A stretch of DNA of 63,801 nt, counting the filler, from Octopus bimaculoides (lineage: Eukaryota): NCBI RefSeq assembly GCF_001194135.2. It is 9 parts of 8 records of this genome, joined end to end, with 100 filler letters (N's around TTAATTAATTAA, not from the genome) between each part and the next. Parts side by side here need not be neighbours in the genome. Positions count along the whole stretch, not along the records: positions 17,722 to 30,402 come from NC_068992.1; positions 30,503 to 36,913 come from NC_068990.1; positions 37,014 to 39,562 come from NC_068988.1; positions 39,663 to 41,827 come from NC_068983.1; 5 more parts are not named here. One strand, 5' to 3'. This document shows positions 27,464 through 39,927 of the stretch, piece by piece (the first letter of the stretch is position 1; every line of letters begins with the position of its first letter). The notes beneath the pieces were generated by a model. The model searched no databases. It had not been told where the DNA came from and worked only from the letters and a program-made list of their open reading frames with translations. Position numbers and translations under genes: made by a program.

Positions 27464-27697
27464 TTTATTAACCAGTGAATTTTCTTTCGCTTAAACATTT
27501 ATTTCTTTATATGTATTCTAATAAAAACGCAACACGAAACATACTCCGTACGTGTTTATATTTATATATATTATAGGAGGGATATAGGCGTAGGTGTGGT
27601 CATATGTGAAGACATGGATATAGGCGCAGGTGTAGATATAGGCGCAGGCGTCGCTGTGTGGTAGGAAGAATGCTTCGCAACCACACGGTTCCAGATT
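27464..27697. repeat. Right arm of the 234-bp inverted duplication
   Basis: See 25832-26065. Confidence 0.95.
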
Positions 27698-28035
27698 CAG
27701 AGCCACTANNNNNNNNNNNNNNNNNNNNNNNNNNNNNNNNNNNNNNNNNNNNNNNNNNNNNNNNNNNNNNNNNNNNNNNNNNNNNNNNNNNNNNNNNNNN
27801 NNNNNNNNNNNNNNNNNNNNNNNNNNNNNNNNNNNNNNNNNNNNNNNNNNNNNNNNNNNNNNNNNNNNNNNNNNNNNNNNNNNNNNNNNNNNNNNNNNNN
27901 NNNNNNNNNNNNNNNNNNNNNNNNNNNNNNNNNNNNNNNNNNNNNNNNNNNNNNNNNNNNNNNNNNNNNNNNNNNNNNNNNNNNNNNNNNNNNNNNNNNN
28001 NNNNNNNNNNNNNNNNNNNNNNNNNNNNNNNNNNN

Positions 28036-28088
<53 letters not shown>

Positions 28089-28290
28089 TGCGTGTGCATG
28101 CGTGTGCATGCGTGTGTGTGTATGTGTGCCACACTACCACTTGTCTCCAGTGTTGTGATTTTTGTGGTCCGGCAATAGAGACCAAAAGAATAAGTACCAC
28201 AGTTACAAAAAAATATATACTGCGGTCGATCCATTTGACTGAAAATCCTTTAAGGTTGTGCCCCAGCATCGCCGCAGTCTAAAGACTGAA
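27641..28290 (+). mobile_element. SINE family B, interrupted by an assembly gap
   Basis: Head GGCGCAGGCGTCGCTGTGTGGTAGGAAG, gap, (TG)n, then the 3' part CGGCAATAGAGACC...CCCCAGCATCGCCGCAGTC. Confidence 0.85.
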
Positions 28291-28744
28291 TTGGATGGTG
28301 GATGACTTATAATATAGACATGTTTAAGTATTATAATTAACCAGAATCAGGTAATCTGGAGCGGCTTTGCAAACTCACGCATTACATATATTTCTTGTGT
28401 ATGAAATAAACATATACACGAGCGTTTTAATGTGCTTCTATGTGTACGTATGTCATTGTTCAGTTTTACTTCAAGATTTCTTGCCAACAGAGAAAGAGCC
28501 GGTTTCTAAATTAGATTCATTGAAATTTCAACATCAACCACAGGGTATTTTTGTTTCTATGTCTGTGCGTATGTATGTATGTATGTATGTATGTATGTAT
28601 GTATGTATGTATGTATGTATGTATATGGGCAGATTTGTATGTTTTTCTTTATGTATGTATTCTCATGCATATAGCTGCATATCTAGACATACTCATATAT
28701 ATTTAAAATAATAAATTTCTGGAAAGTTTTATAGATTTTTACAG

Positions 28745-28798
28745 TTCCAGCGGTGGCTTGGATCTGTAGTCTTCGAATTAGCTTTCTTCTTTCTGGTG
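28745..28798 (+). CDS. Possible 54-nt exon
   Basis: Acceptor GATTTTTACAG and consensus donor GTG|GTGAGT; open in two frames (FQRWLGSVVFELAFFFLV or PAVAWICSLRISFLLSG). Confidence 0.25.
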
Positions 28799-29513
28799 GT
28801 GAGTAGCCTAATTTCTCAAGATTCGTATTTAGGGAGTAAGTTACATATCCCAGGGCCTTATGTATGTATATATCTTTGTATGTGTATATGTGTGAATCCG
28901 GTTGTGTATTAAGCTGTCTCTGTGCGTGTGTATGTTACCATACCTGTGTTGTGTCAGATGTCAGAAATAAATATAATATATTAGATATGGAGATAAATAT
29001 AATACAGTCAAATAATCTGAGACAAGGAGTAAAGAAGATGAGCGCCCACCTATTGCAAAAGAATTGAATTACCATCACGGACAGAAAATAGGTCAGTGTC
29101 AATAAGTTTGTGTGAGTTTGTGCATATGCATGCGCATGCGTGTATTTGTGTGTTTGTGTCTTTGTGTCGTTGTGCATTGATGTCAGAGACACTGTGTGCG
29201 TGATTTCTTCTCTTGATTTGTGTGTATGTGTACGTTTAAATTTTGATGCGTGTGTGTCTGTGTTAATCCGGTATATGTGACTTTTTTCCGTGCCTGTATT
29301 TACGTGTATGTGCGCACGGTAATGCGTGTGTATGAACGTTTACGAATTATTGTGCGTATATGTATGTTTGTTCCTGTATCTGCGTAGATGTGTGACTGTA
29401 TATACGCCGTTGTGTACTGTTATTTCCGTGCATGTAACTATGAGCATACATTTGTATAAGAGTGAATATGTGTAGTTGTGCATTTTTTATCTACAAACGT
29501 ATTTTTAAGTATA

Positions 29514-29606
29514 CAGTAATCCCTCAACTATCGCGGGCGTTAAATTCTAAACCACCTTCACCCCCGCGATAGATGAAACTCTGCGAAGTAGGAAAAGTTC
29601 TGTACT

Positions 29607-29607
<1 letters not shown>
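29514..29607. mobile_element. Tigger/pogo-like miniature remnant flanked by TA
   Basis: TA|CAGTAATCCCTCAACTATCGCGGG...CCCGCGATAG...TACTG|TA, with an internal TATCGCGGG/CCCGCGATA hairpin as in Tigger-type TIRs. Confidence 0.6.
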
Positions 29608-29608
<1 letters not shown>

Positions 29609-29662
<54 letters not shown>

Positions 29663-29699
29663 GTTATTAATATTATAATTGGAATTATCACTACTATTA

Positions 29700-29775
<76 letters not shown>
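29609..29775. repeat. (ATT)n microsatellite
   Basis: Directly visible. Confidence 0.95.
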
Positions 29776-30502
29776 GATGTTTTATTCTTCTTTCTTCAAA
29801 TTTTCTTCCATTTCACGCCGAGTGTTTTCCGTACACCTAGGGCAGAGAAGCTCCTGGTATGCATTCCCAGTTTGCACACGCAAATTCACAGGTAAAATAC
29901 GTATGTAAAAACATTAATAAATAAATAAATTCATGACTGGATGTTGTTTTCATACCGATAATGCTCATTATTATTATTATTATTATTTGTGTTGTTGTTG
30001 TTATTATTAATATTATTATTATTCTCAGCATTATTATCATCACCATCATCATCATCATCATCATCATTATTATTATTATTGTTGTTGTTGCTGTTGTTAT
30101 TATTGTGATTATTATTTTGTTTATATTTTTTTAATTATAAACGCAAAACAACACCACAAAGGAATGGACGTAAGCTTAATTAATAAAGTGCGAGGGATTT
30201 CTGTATTTATATTCTGTTATTTAGAAATGTGTGAATATATATCATCCACTTACACGTAGACACTCGCCGACACTTACACGTAGAGACATATCGAAAAGGC
30301 AAGTACATTTAGAAAGCAAAATGAGTATTGTGTGCGCGTGTGCATGTGTGAGGATATTGGTATACATATATTTACATATATGTGTATGTGTATATATATA
30401 TANNNNNNNNNNNNNNNNNNNNNNNNNNNNNNNNNNNNNNNNNNNNTTAATTAATTAANNNNNNNNNNNNNNNNNNNNNNNNNNNNNNNNNNNNNNNNNN
30501 NN

Positions 30503-30558
30503 CCACCACCACCACCACCGCCACTACTACTACCACCACCACCACCACCACCACCACC

Positions 30559-30602
<44 letters not shown>

Positions 30603-31005
30603 AGCAGCTACTGCTGCTGTTGCTACAACCACTACTACAACTACTACTACTACTACTTAAGTAGTAGTAATGCAGCTGCTGCTACTGCTATTACTACTAC
30701 TACCTGCACCATCACCATATCACCACCAACAATCGCAACACTACTGCTAGAATAATAGCAGCTACAACTACCATGTCCACCACTACTACTATTGATACTA
30801 CCACTACACACAACACCAACAGCACCACTACTAGTATACTGCCACTACTACCACAGCTACCACAACCACCATTACTATTACTACTACTATAACCACCACC
30901 ACCACTACCACAACCATTACTACTAATTCTACTACAACTACTACAACCACTACGACCATTACCACCATTATTACTACTACTACTACTACTACTACTACTA
31001 ACATT
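30503..31005. repeat. (CAC)n/(TAC)n compound low-complexity tract
   Basis: Directly visible. Confidence 0.9.
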
Positions 31006-31360
31006 ATTTATGTTTTTTGTCCGATTTTACAAATTCCACTCCATTCCGCTACTCTCATCCTTTCCTCTCCATGTTCATCCCTCCCTACCTCCCTCTCTCT
31101 CCTCCTCTCTTTCTCCCCCACTCTCGATGTCTTTCATTCTTTTTCTCCTCCCTCCTCTCTGTCTCTGTCTCTCTCTCTCTCACTCACTCTCACTCTCTCT
31201 CTCTCACTCACTCTCACTCTCTCTACCTGTCTCCCAGTCAGCCCAATATCCACTCTACCCTGTCGCGTGGACATACCTACAGATTCGTACCATACACGCA
31301 TACACATATGTAATGTATACATATAAATATAAATATTTATATAGATATACATATATACAC

Positions 31361-31419
<59 letters not shown>

Positions 31420-32022
31420 GTGTGTGTGTGGTGTGTGTGTGTGTGTGTATGTATAAATGTATGTATGTATNNNNNNNNNNNNNNNNNNNNNNNNNNNNNN
31501 NNNNNNNNNNNNNNNNNNNNNNNNNNNNNNNNNNNNNNNNNNNNNNNNNNNNNNNNNNNNNNNNNNNNNNNNNNNNNNNNNNNNNNNNNNNNNNNNNNNN
31601 NNNNNNNNNNNNNNNNNNNNNNNNNNNNNNNNNNNNNNNNNNNNNNNNNNNNNNNNNNNNNNNNNNNNNNNNNNNNNNNNNNNNNNNNNNNNNNNNNNNN
31701 NNNNNNNNNNNNNNNNNNNNNNNNNNNNNNNNNNNNNNNNNNNNNNNNNNNNNNNNNNNNNNNNNNNNNNNNNNNNNNNNNNNNNNNNNNNNNNNNNNNN
31801 NNNNNNNNNNNNNNNNNNNNNNNNNNNNNNNNNNNNNNNNNNNNNNNNNNNNNNNNNNNNNNNNNNNNNNNNNNNNNNNNNNNNNNNNNNNNNNNNNNNN
31901 NNNNNNNNNNNNNNNNNNNNNNNNNNNNNNNNNNNNNNNNNNNNNNNNNNNNNNNNNNNNNNNNNNNNNNNNNNNNNNNNNNNNNNNNNNNNNNNNNNNN
32001 NNNNNNNNNNNNNNNNNNNNNN

Positions 32023-32078
<56 letters not shown>

Positions 32079-32494
32079 ACACTCACATACATTATATCTT
32101 ATATTTTAAATGTGTGTATTTATAATTACGTGTGTATACATAAGGACATACACGTGTTTCGTCGCACACACGCACATACGTGCACACAAGTATATGTGTG
32201 TGTGTATGTGTGTGCGTGTGTCTGTCTGTGCATGCATGTATGTGTGTGTGTGTGTGTTTGTGTAACTATGTAAAGCTCCTCGTACACTCAGATATAGTTA
32301 CGAAATTAGAAATTTCCCGAAATGCAGGAAACTTAAAGTTACCTGTGCGTATTTATACATATGTAATATACATACATAAATACATAAATTTACCTATCTA
32401 TCTATCTATCTATCTATCCCTCTTCATCTCTCCCTCTCCCCGCCTCTCCCCCCTCTCTCTCTCTCTTTATGTACGTATATATACGTGTGTGTGT

Positions 32495-32533
<39 letters not shown>

Positions 32534-33630
32534 AAAATACATATATGTATCAATATATAAATACATATATGTATCAATATATATGTATCAATATATATAT
32601 ATGAGTATATTTATATACATATGTATACACATATATTATACACACACAGTCTCACACATACATACACGTGCACACACAAACGCGCACATGCACATGCACA
32701 CATACACACTTATAAATATATAAATATGTTTGTTTCATTCAGGTGTGAGATGCAATTAAGCGAAAAAGTTACTCAATACTGGCCGTAGAACAGATCAATA
32801 TTAACTTATTTAAAGCTGGGTTCAGTTGAACCTCTACTCTGAGTTTAGCATTTCTTTCCTCGAACACGTAAGAGTAACTCCGGGTAACATCTCCGATGGA
32901 CGAAGCTTTTTAAAAANNNNNNNNNNNNNNNNNNNNNNNNNNNNNNNNNNNNNNNNNNNNNNNNNNNNNNNNNNNNNNNNNNNNNNNNNNNNNNNNNNNN
33001 NNNNNNNNNNNNNNNNNNNNNNNNNNNNNNNNNNNNNNNNNNNNNNNNNNNNNNNNNNNNNNNNNNNNNNNNNNNNNNNNNNNNNNNNNNNNNNNNNNNN
33101 NNNNNNNNNNNNNNNNNNNNNNNNNNNNNNNNNNNNNNNNNNNNNNNNNNNNNNNNNNNNNNNNNNNNNNNNNNNNNNNNNNNNNNNNNNNNNNNNNNNN
33201 NNNNNNNNNNNNNNNNNNNNNNNNNNNNNNNNNNNNNNNNNNNNNNNNNNNNNNNNNNNNNNNNNNNNNNNNNNNNNNNNNNNNNNNNNNNNNNNNNNNN
33301 NNNNNNNNNNNNNNNNNNNNNNNNNNNNNNNNNNNNNNNNNNNNNNNNNNNNNNNNNNNNNNNNNNNNNNNNNNNNNNNNNNNNNNNNNNNNNNNNNNNN
33401 NNNNNNNNNNNNNNNNNNNNNNNNNNNNNNNNNNNNNNNNNNNNNNNNNNNNNNNNNNNNNNNNNNNNNNNNNNNNNNNNNNNNNNNNNNNNNNNNNNNN
33501 NNNNNNNNNNNNNNNNNNNNNNNNNNNNNNNNNNNNNNNNNNNNNNNNNNNNNNNNNNNNNNNNNNNNNNNNNNNNNNNNNNNNNNNNNNNNNNNNNNNN
33601 NNNNNNNNNNNNNNNNNNNNNNTTATATGG

Positions 33631-33665
<35 letters not shown>

Positions 33666-33689
33666 CCTACCTACTTTTCATATTTGTTT

Positions 33690-34440
33690 CTTTTCTTAGT
33701 CTCGATGTTTCTTTCTCGCTCTCGCTCCCTCCCTCTCTCTCCACTTCTCTCACTTTCTTTCTTTCTCTCCTTCTCCCCTATCCTCCTCTCTCTCTTTCTC
33801 TCCCTATCTCTCTTCCTTGTTTTCTCTCTTATTTCTCCTACCCCTTTATTTTCCTCTCTATGCTATATAATGCTCAACTACATTCCATCTTGAGGGGTTT
33901 TTTTTTTTTTTAATATTCATCCTGTCACGGCACACTCAGTTACTCCTCTACACACACACATACACATAACACGCACACTCATACACGAACACACGAATTC
34001 ACTCTTACACAAACCACATGCATGTCTCTGTGTCTCATTTTCCCTTTCGTATATATTTATATTACACGCATCTTCTACACCCTCTTATATCTGTCCTACC
34101 CTCTCAAATAATCCATTCTATCTATTTCACTTCCTGTATTCCCCTTATACATTCGTATATCTCTTCTCAAGGTTGCTTTACCACTCTCCTCTCCCTTTCC
34201 CCCTCTCTCTCACACTCTATCTATCTATCTACTTCTCATTTACGTATTTCGTTTTTATCACTATGTTGATGCTTTCCTCTCATTTTACGCCATTTTCCCT
34301 CATTTATCCTCCATGTAGCTTTCTCTTCTATCGCACAAGTCCCTCTCTCTCACTCCCTCTCTATCTCCCTCTCTCTCTCTTTATTTCTCTCTCCCTTTCT
34401 TTCTCTCTCTCTTTCTTTCTCTCTCTCTCTCTCTTTTCAC

Positions 34441-34481
<41 letters not shown>

Positions 34482-34839
34482 ATATATATATATGCCTATC
34501 TACTCTTTTGCATATCTTTTTATCACTTTATGTTGATTTTTTAACTCTCTTTTTACATTTTCTCTCTCTAATCTACCATGTAGCTTTCTATTTTATCGCA
34601 CAAGTCTGTTTCTTTCCCCCCCTCTCTCTCTCTCTCTCTCTCTATCCACCTATTTTCCTCTCTTTCACAGATTCTACTTTTAGCTCTATGTTTATGTTTT
34701 CCCTCTCTTTTTTACGCCATTTTCTCTCATCCACCATGTAGCTTTTTATTCTGTCGCATAAGTCTCTCTCTCTCTCTCCTTTTATCTTTATCTTACTTTC
34801 ACACCAATATTCACTCTTTCGTAAACTTCTCCCTCAAAA

Positions 34840-34893
<54 letters not shown>

Positions 34894-35059
34894 CTCTCTC
34901 TCTTTCTCTCTCTCTCTTGTTTCCCCACTTTCGTCCTCCCCGCTCATATACATATATTTTCTTCGCTTCTCTGTCTAGTTTTCTTCGTATTTATTGCACA
35001 AACGCGTGCGAGTTTCAACAATCCCTTTTCTCTCTCCCTCTCTCTCTCTNNNNNNNNNN

Positions 35060-35108
<49 letters not shown>

Positions 35109-35130
35109 TCTCTCTCTCTCCCTCTTTCCT
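33690..35130. repeat. Polypyrimidine (CT)-rich low-complexity region
   Basis: Directly visible. Confidence 0.9.
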
Positions 35131-35325
35131 TTTTTCAGTTTTATTCATTCTCTGCTATTACATCCTCTCTCCCCTTCTCTGCTTTTGTATATACCTCCGC
35201 CTTCTCATTCAACTGTCACTTCCCCCTCTCTCACACTTTCTCTTACCGTCTCTCTCTCTCCAACTTCTCTCTTCTCATAACACCTACATATATACATATA
35301 CTTTTACTGCATCATATCTAATATC

Positions 35326-35417
<92 letters not shown>

Positions 35418-35678
35418 GTGTTTAAGCATACGTACATGTATAGAGAGAGGGGGGTGAGAGCGTGAGCATATATATATACGTATACACACACACACACAAT
35501 ATATACATGCATACATATACATACACACACACACACACACACACATATGTATATATATATGTTCTTTCATATATTTTTGCTCGCTCATACTGCTACATAA
35601 ATGCAGAGACGTGACTAATTTCAAAAGAGGCTATTCAATGTACCCCTGACCTAACCATGTACACAAACCACCACCCTA

Positions 35679-35709
<31 letters not shown>

Positions 35710-36252
35710 TGCACACTCACACAAACACACACACACACACACACTCTCACACACAAATACACACAGAGCCAACACCATCACCACTGCAATCGCCATCACC
35801 ACCACCACCACCACCACCACCACCATAAGTGAAGCAAACACCCAGGCCCAGTAGCAAGCAAACACCTACCCACTGACGCCACCATCAATCTTCCCATACC
35901 ATCCACGCCAGTCACTCTAACGCTAATGCTGCTTCGGAACGTTGAAATGTGTCCATCGTCCATGTTGTCAGGTTTATTCACAAACCTTCGCCAATTTCTT
36001 GCTAGACCTCATTCATCCCTACAAAAATCCATAACATGCATAACTTTGAAGATAACTAGATTTATTTTTTCCATGGAAAATTCTTTCTCAGCTCTATCGC
36101 CCACCAACTTCTATCAATCACCCAACCTTATCTCCAAGTTCTATTACCCAGCTCTATAACCCAGCTCTATCATTCACCCTATTAGATACGTGTCCTCATC
36201 ATTTCTTTTCCTTTTTGTCTCTTTCTCCCCCTCTCTTTCTCTTCTATCCATA

Positions 36253-36297
<45 letters not shown>

Positions 36298-36319
36298 GCA
36301 CGCACAAACACACACACAT

Positions 36320-36746
36320 ACATTCTTTTATTCTTTTACTTGTTTCAGTCATTAGACTACGGCCATGCTGAAGCACCGCTTTAGAGGGGGTTTTCTAATC
36401 GAAGAAATCGACTCCAAGACTTATTCCTCGCAAGCCTAATACTTATTCTATCGGTCTACTTTGCCGAACCGCTAGGTACAGGGACGTTAACACACCAACA
36501 TCGGAGTTAACACACCAACATGTGGAGATAAACACAGACACAAACACACACAAACACACACAGGCACACACACACAGACACACACACACACATACACACA
36601 TTTACAATGGACTTCTTTCAGTTTCCGCCTACCAAATTCACTCGTCGGCCCGAAATATAGTAGATGGCATTTGCCTAAGTTGTCTTGCAGTGGGGCTGAA
36701 CCCGGATCCGTGTCGTTGAGAAGCAAGCTTCTTACCACAGAGCCAC

Positions 36747-36748
<2 letters not shown>
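36320..36748 (-). mobile_element. SINE family B, full length
   Basis: Same head, CORE-like block, internal (TG)n and tail as 11825-12327. The head abuts (TAA)n. Confidence 0.9.
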
Positions 36749-36811
<63 letters not shown>

Positions 36812-36824
36812 TAATAATAATAAT

Positions 36825-36913
36825 AACAACCTGTTTCCAGAAGAGCAGAAGGGATGCTGCAAGGGCTCATACGGCTGTAAAGATCAATTATTGATCAATA
36901 AAGCCATAACTGA
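36825..36913 (+). mobile_element. R4/Dong-like RT fragment running into a gap
   Basis: NNLFPEEQKGCCKGSYGCKDQLLINKAIT in a single frame. Confidence 0.85.
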
Positions 36914-37859
36914 NNNNNNNNNNNNNNNNNNNNNNNNNNNNNNNNNNNNNNNNNNNNTTAATTAATTAANNNNNNNNNNNNNNNNNNNNNNNNNNNNNNN
37001 NNNNNNNNNNNNNGAAGAAGAAGGGGAGGAGGAGGGAGAAGAAGAAGAAGAGGAAGAAGAAGAAGGGGAGGAGGAAGAAGAAGAAGAAGAAGAAGGGGAG
37101 GAGGAGGAAGAAGAAGAAGAAGAGGAAGAAGAAGAAGGTGAGGAGGAGGAGGAAGAAGAAGAAGAAGAAGAAGAAGAAGAAGAAGAAGAAGAAGAAGAAG
37201 AAGAAGAAACCACAATAATATGAACTGGGGTGCGATTCATTCAACTCAAAATTCTTCAAAGTGTTACTCCAGCATGACCGCAGTCAAATGATTGAAACAT
37301 GCCTATGATAAATGATACAAGAAATACACGAATGAATATTGAGCTTCGATCGATCGAACAGCTCAACTCATTCTGCAGGTTATGTCCTTTCTTAAAACAT
37401 TGAGGTGAGCAGGTTACCTGGCTGGATGGGTAGGCAGGTAGGACGGTAGGGCGGCAGGCAAGCAGGTAGATATGTACGTATCTAGGTGGATAAGGTAGAC
37501 AATGCTGGTTNNNNNNNNNNNNNNNNNNNNNNNNNNNNNNNNNNNNNNNNNNNNNNNNNNNNNNNNNNNNNNNNNNNNNNNNNNNNNNNNNNNNNNNNNN
37601 NNNNNNNNNNNNNNNNNNNNNNNNNNNNNNNNNNNNNNNNNNNNNNNNNNNNNNNNNNNNNNNNNNNNNNNNNNNNNNNNNNNNNNNNNNNNNNNNNNNN
37701 NNNNNNNNNNNNNNNNNNNNNNNNNNNNNNNNNNNNNNNNNNNNNNNNNNNNNNNNNNNNNNNNNNNNNNNNNNNNNNNNNNNNNNNNAAATGATGGGAC
37801 TCTTTTATTGTTTTATATTGCATAAAGTGATTTACAACAGTCTAAATGAAACGTTTCGC

Positions 37860-37895
37860 CGCCGCTACCATCATCACCACCGCCACCACCACTAA

Positions 37896-37975
<80 letters not shown>

Positions 37976-38058
37976 TCATCGTCATCCACTCCACTGTCAC
38001 TCATTATACTTATCATCGTCGTAACCGCCACCACCACCACCACCACCGCCATCATCAC

Positions 38059-38099
<41 letters not shown>

Positions 38100-38305
38100 C
38101 AACCACCTTGATCATCGTTATCACCACCACCACCATGATCAGCATCATCATTATCATAATAATCAAGATCATGGTTATGATTATAATTCGCCATTATCAT
38201 TACATCATCATCGTCGTCGTCACCGTCATCATCATCATCATCATAATGATGATGATCATCATCACTATCGTGATCATCATTATCATCATCGTCATCATCA
38301 TCGTA
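37860..38305. repeat. (CAT)n/(CAC)n compound microsatellite
   Basis: Directly visible. Confidence 0.9.
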
Positions 38306-38523
38306 TCTTCTTAATATGGCCACTGACTAATAACAATGCGCAGAACAACAACAGCACAGACTTCAAACTTCAAACATTTATTTATTTATTTATTTCTATT
38401 TACTTTTGTTGTAAAATATTTAAGCTGTTTGAATAATTTCTAGGAAACTTGTTTAGGGCTTAGAAATTCTCTACTTATGGAAATTGTTATAAAATGCCTT
38501 CACAGAGACAAGTCTTTTCATAC

Positions 38524-38645
38524 TGGTATTGTGCGCATAAATCGTTGTGGCTCCAACGGGTCTGGGAAAGACAGTTTGACAAACGACGAAAATGGCGTCT
38601 GGTTTCCGGATGTCTCATGTTGAATAATCGGACTGTTGTGGCGCT
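38524..38645 (-). CDS. Possible internal exon of an unidentified gene
   Basis: GC-richer island with a strong acceptor (CTTCGTCTCTTTCTCAG), an open frame RHNSPIIQHETSGNQTPFSSFVKLSFPDPLEPQRFMRTIP and a CCA|GTATGA donor. No homology recognised. Confidence 0.25.
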
Positions 38646-39097
38646 CTGAGAAAGAGACGAAGATGAGAATAGAAAGCGATAGAGAGAGAGAAAAGGGAAG
38701 AGAGGGAGTGATAGGTGTGGGCAGAGAACATGAAGGGAGAGACGGAGAGACGGAGAGAGGAAGGGAGAGGAACTAAGGAAGGGAAGTGGGTGACTGGTAT
38801 AGAAAGGTGGGTAGAGATTTAGAGAGAGAGAGAGAGAGAGAGAGAGATAGGTGGGAGGGAGAACTGGATTATAGAGAGAAAGGGAGACACGGAGTACAAT
38901 GAATGAGAAGTGAGGGAGGAGTAGTGAGGGTAAGCAGAAGAGAAGGAGAAATAGATAGGGAAGAAGAAGAAGAAGAAGAAGTGAGGAGAGATATGAAATA
39001 AGACGACTAAATATATACACACAAGTCACAGGCACATTCATACGTGAATTCATATAGATACGGAGAGAGAGAACAGGTAAATAGACAGGTAGATAGA

Positions 39098-39136
<39 letters not shown>

Positions 39137-39216
39137 AGAGAGAGAGAGGGAGAGATAGATAGATAGAGAGAGAGAGAGGGAGAGAGAGAGAGAGAACAGG
39201 TAAATAGACAGGTAGA

Positions 39217-39335
<119 letters not shown>

Positions 39336-39663
39336 GTAGGTAGGTAGGGGGACGGACGAAAAACGTAAGAAGATCAAAGGGGAAGAACTAGTAAGAGAAG
39401 CACGAAGCTCGACAACCGAAAGAGGACAAGGACAATAAGACGACCACAACAACAACAACAACGACGACAATAATGAAAACAAGTATGTCAATGAAATAAC
39501 AGGATCAGCAAATTTGATATATTGAAATATTGAATGGGGAAAAAGAAAAGAAAGAAAGAAGANNNNNNNNNNNNNNNNNNNNNNNNNNNNNNNNNNNNNN
39601 NNNNNNTTAATTAATTAANNNNNNNNNNNNNNNNNNNNNNNNNNNNNNNNNNNNNNNNNNNNC

Positions 39664-39927
39664 ATATACTGCATCACCTGTCCAAACTGTAAAGAAAATT
39701 ACATTGGCGAAACGAATAACTCACTTTGTCAACGTGCAAGAATTCACAGGCAACATATCCGACAAGAAGAACTAAGAATGATTCCATTAAGTAAACATCT
39801 GGGAACATGCGGAGACGGAAAGTTCAAAATCTTTCCCTTTTATAAATGTACACGGGACGATCCACAATACCGAAAGGAAATGGAACTACTCTTCATAAAA
39901 AAATTTTCCCCAAAGTTAAATGTTTGA
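39664..39927 (+). mobile_element. Penelope-like element, GIY-YIG endonuclease C-terminus
   Basis: Uninterrupted frame IYCITCPNCKENYIGETNNSLCQRARIHRQHIR...SKHLGTCG...FKIFPFYKC...RKEMELLFIKKFSPKLNV*. It shows the IY/YIG motif with the PLE-type CxxC and H..H/C residues. The 5' side is lost in a gap. Confidence 0.92.

Noticed and set aside
32744-32800. EKVTQYWP after a good plus-strand acceptor, resembling the tyrosine-phosphatase QYWP motif
   Set aside because: It is followed immediately by a stop, lacks the preceding KC, and has no other PTP motifs nearby.
37846-38436. 196-aa His-rich ORF (and the Asp/Met-rich antisense ORFs)
   Set aside because: This is a translation of (CAT)n/(CAC)n microsatellites, which lack stops in several frames. 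No reflectin or other real motif is present.
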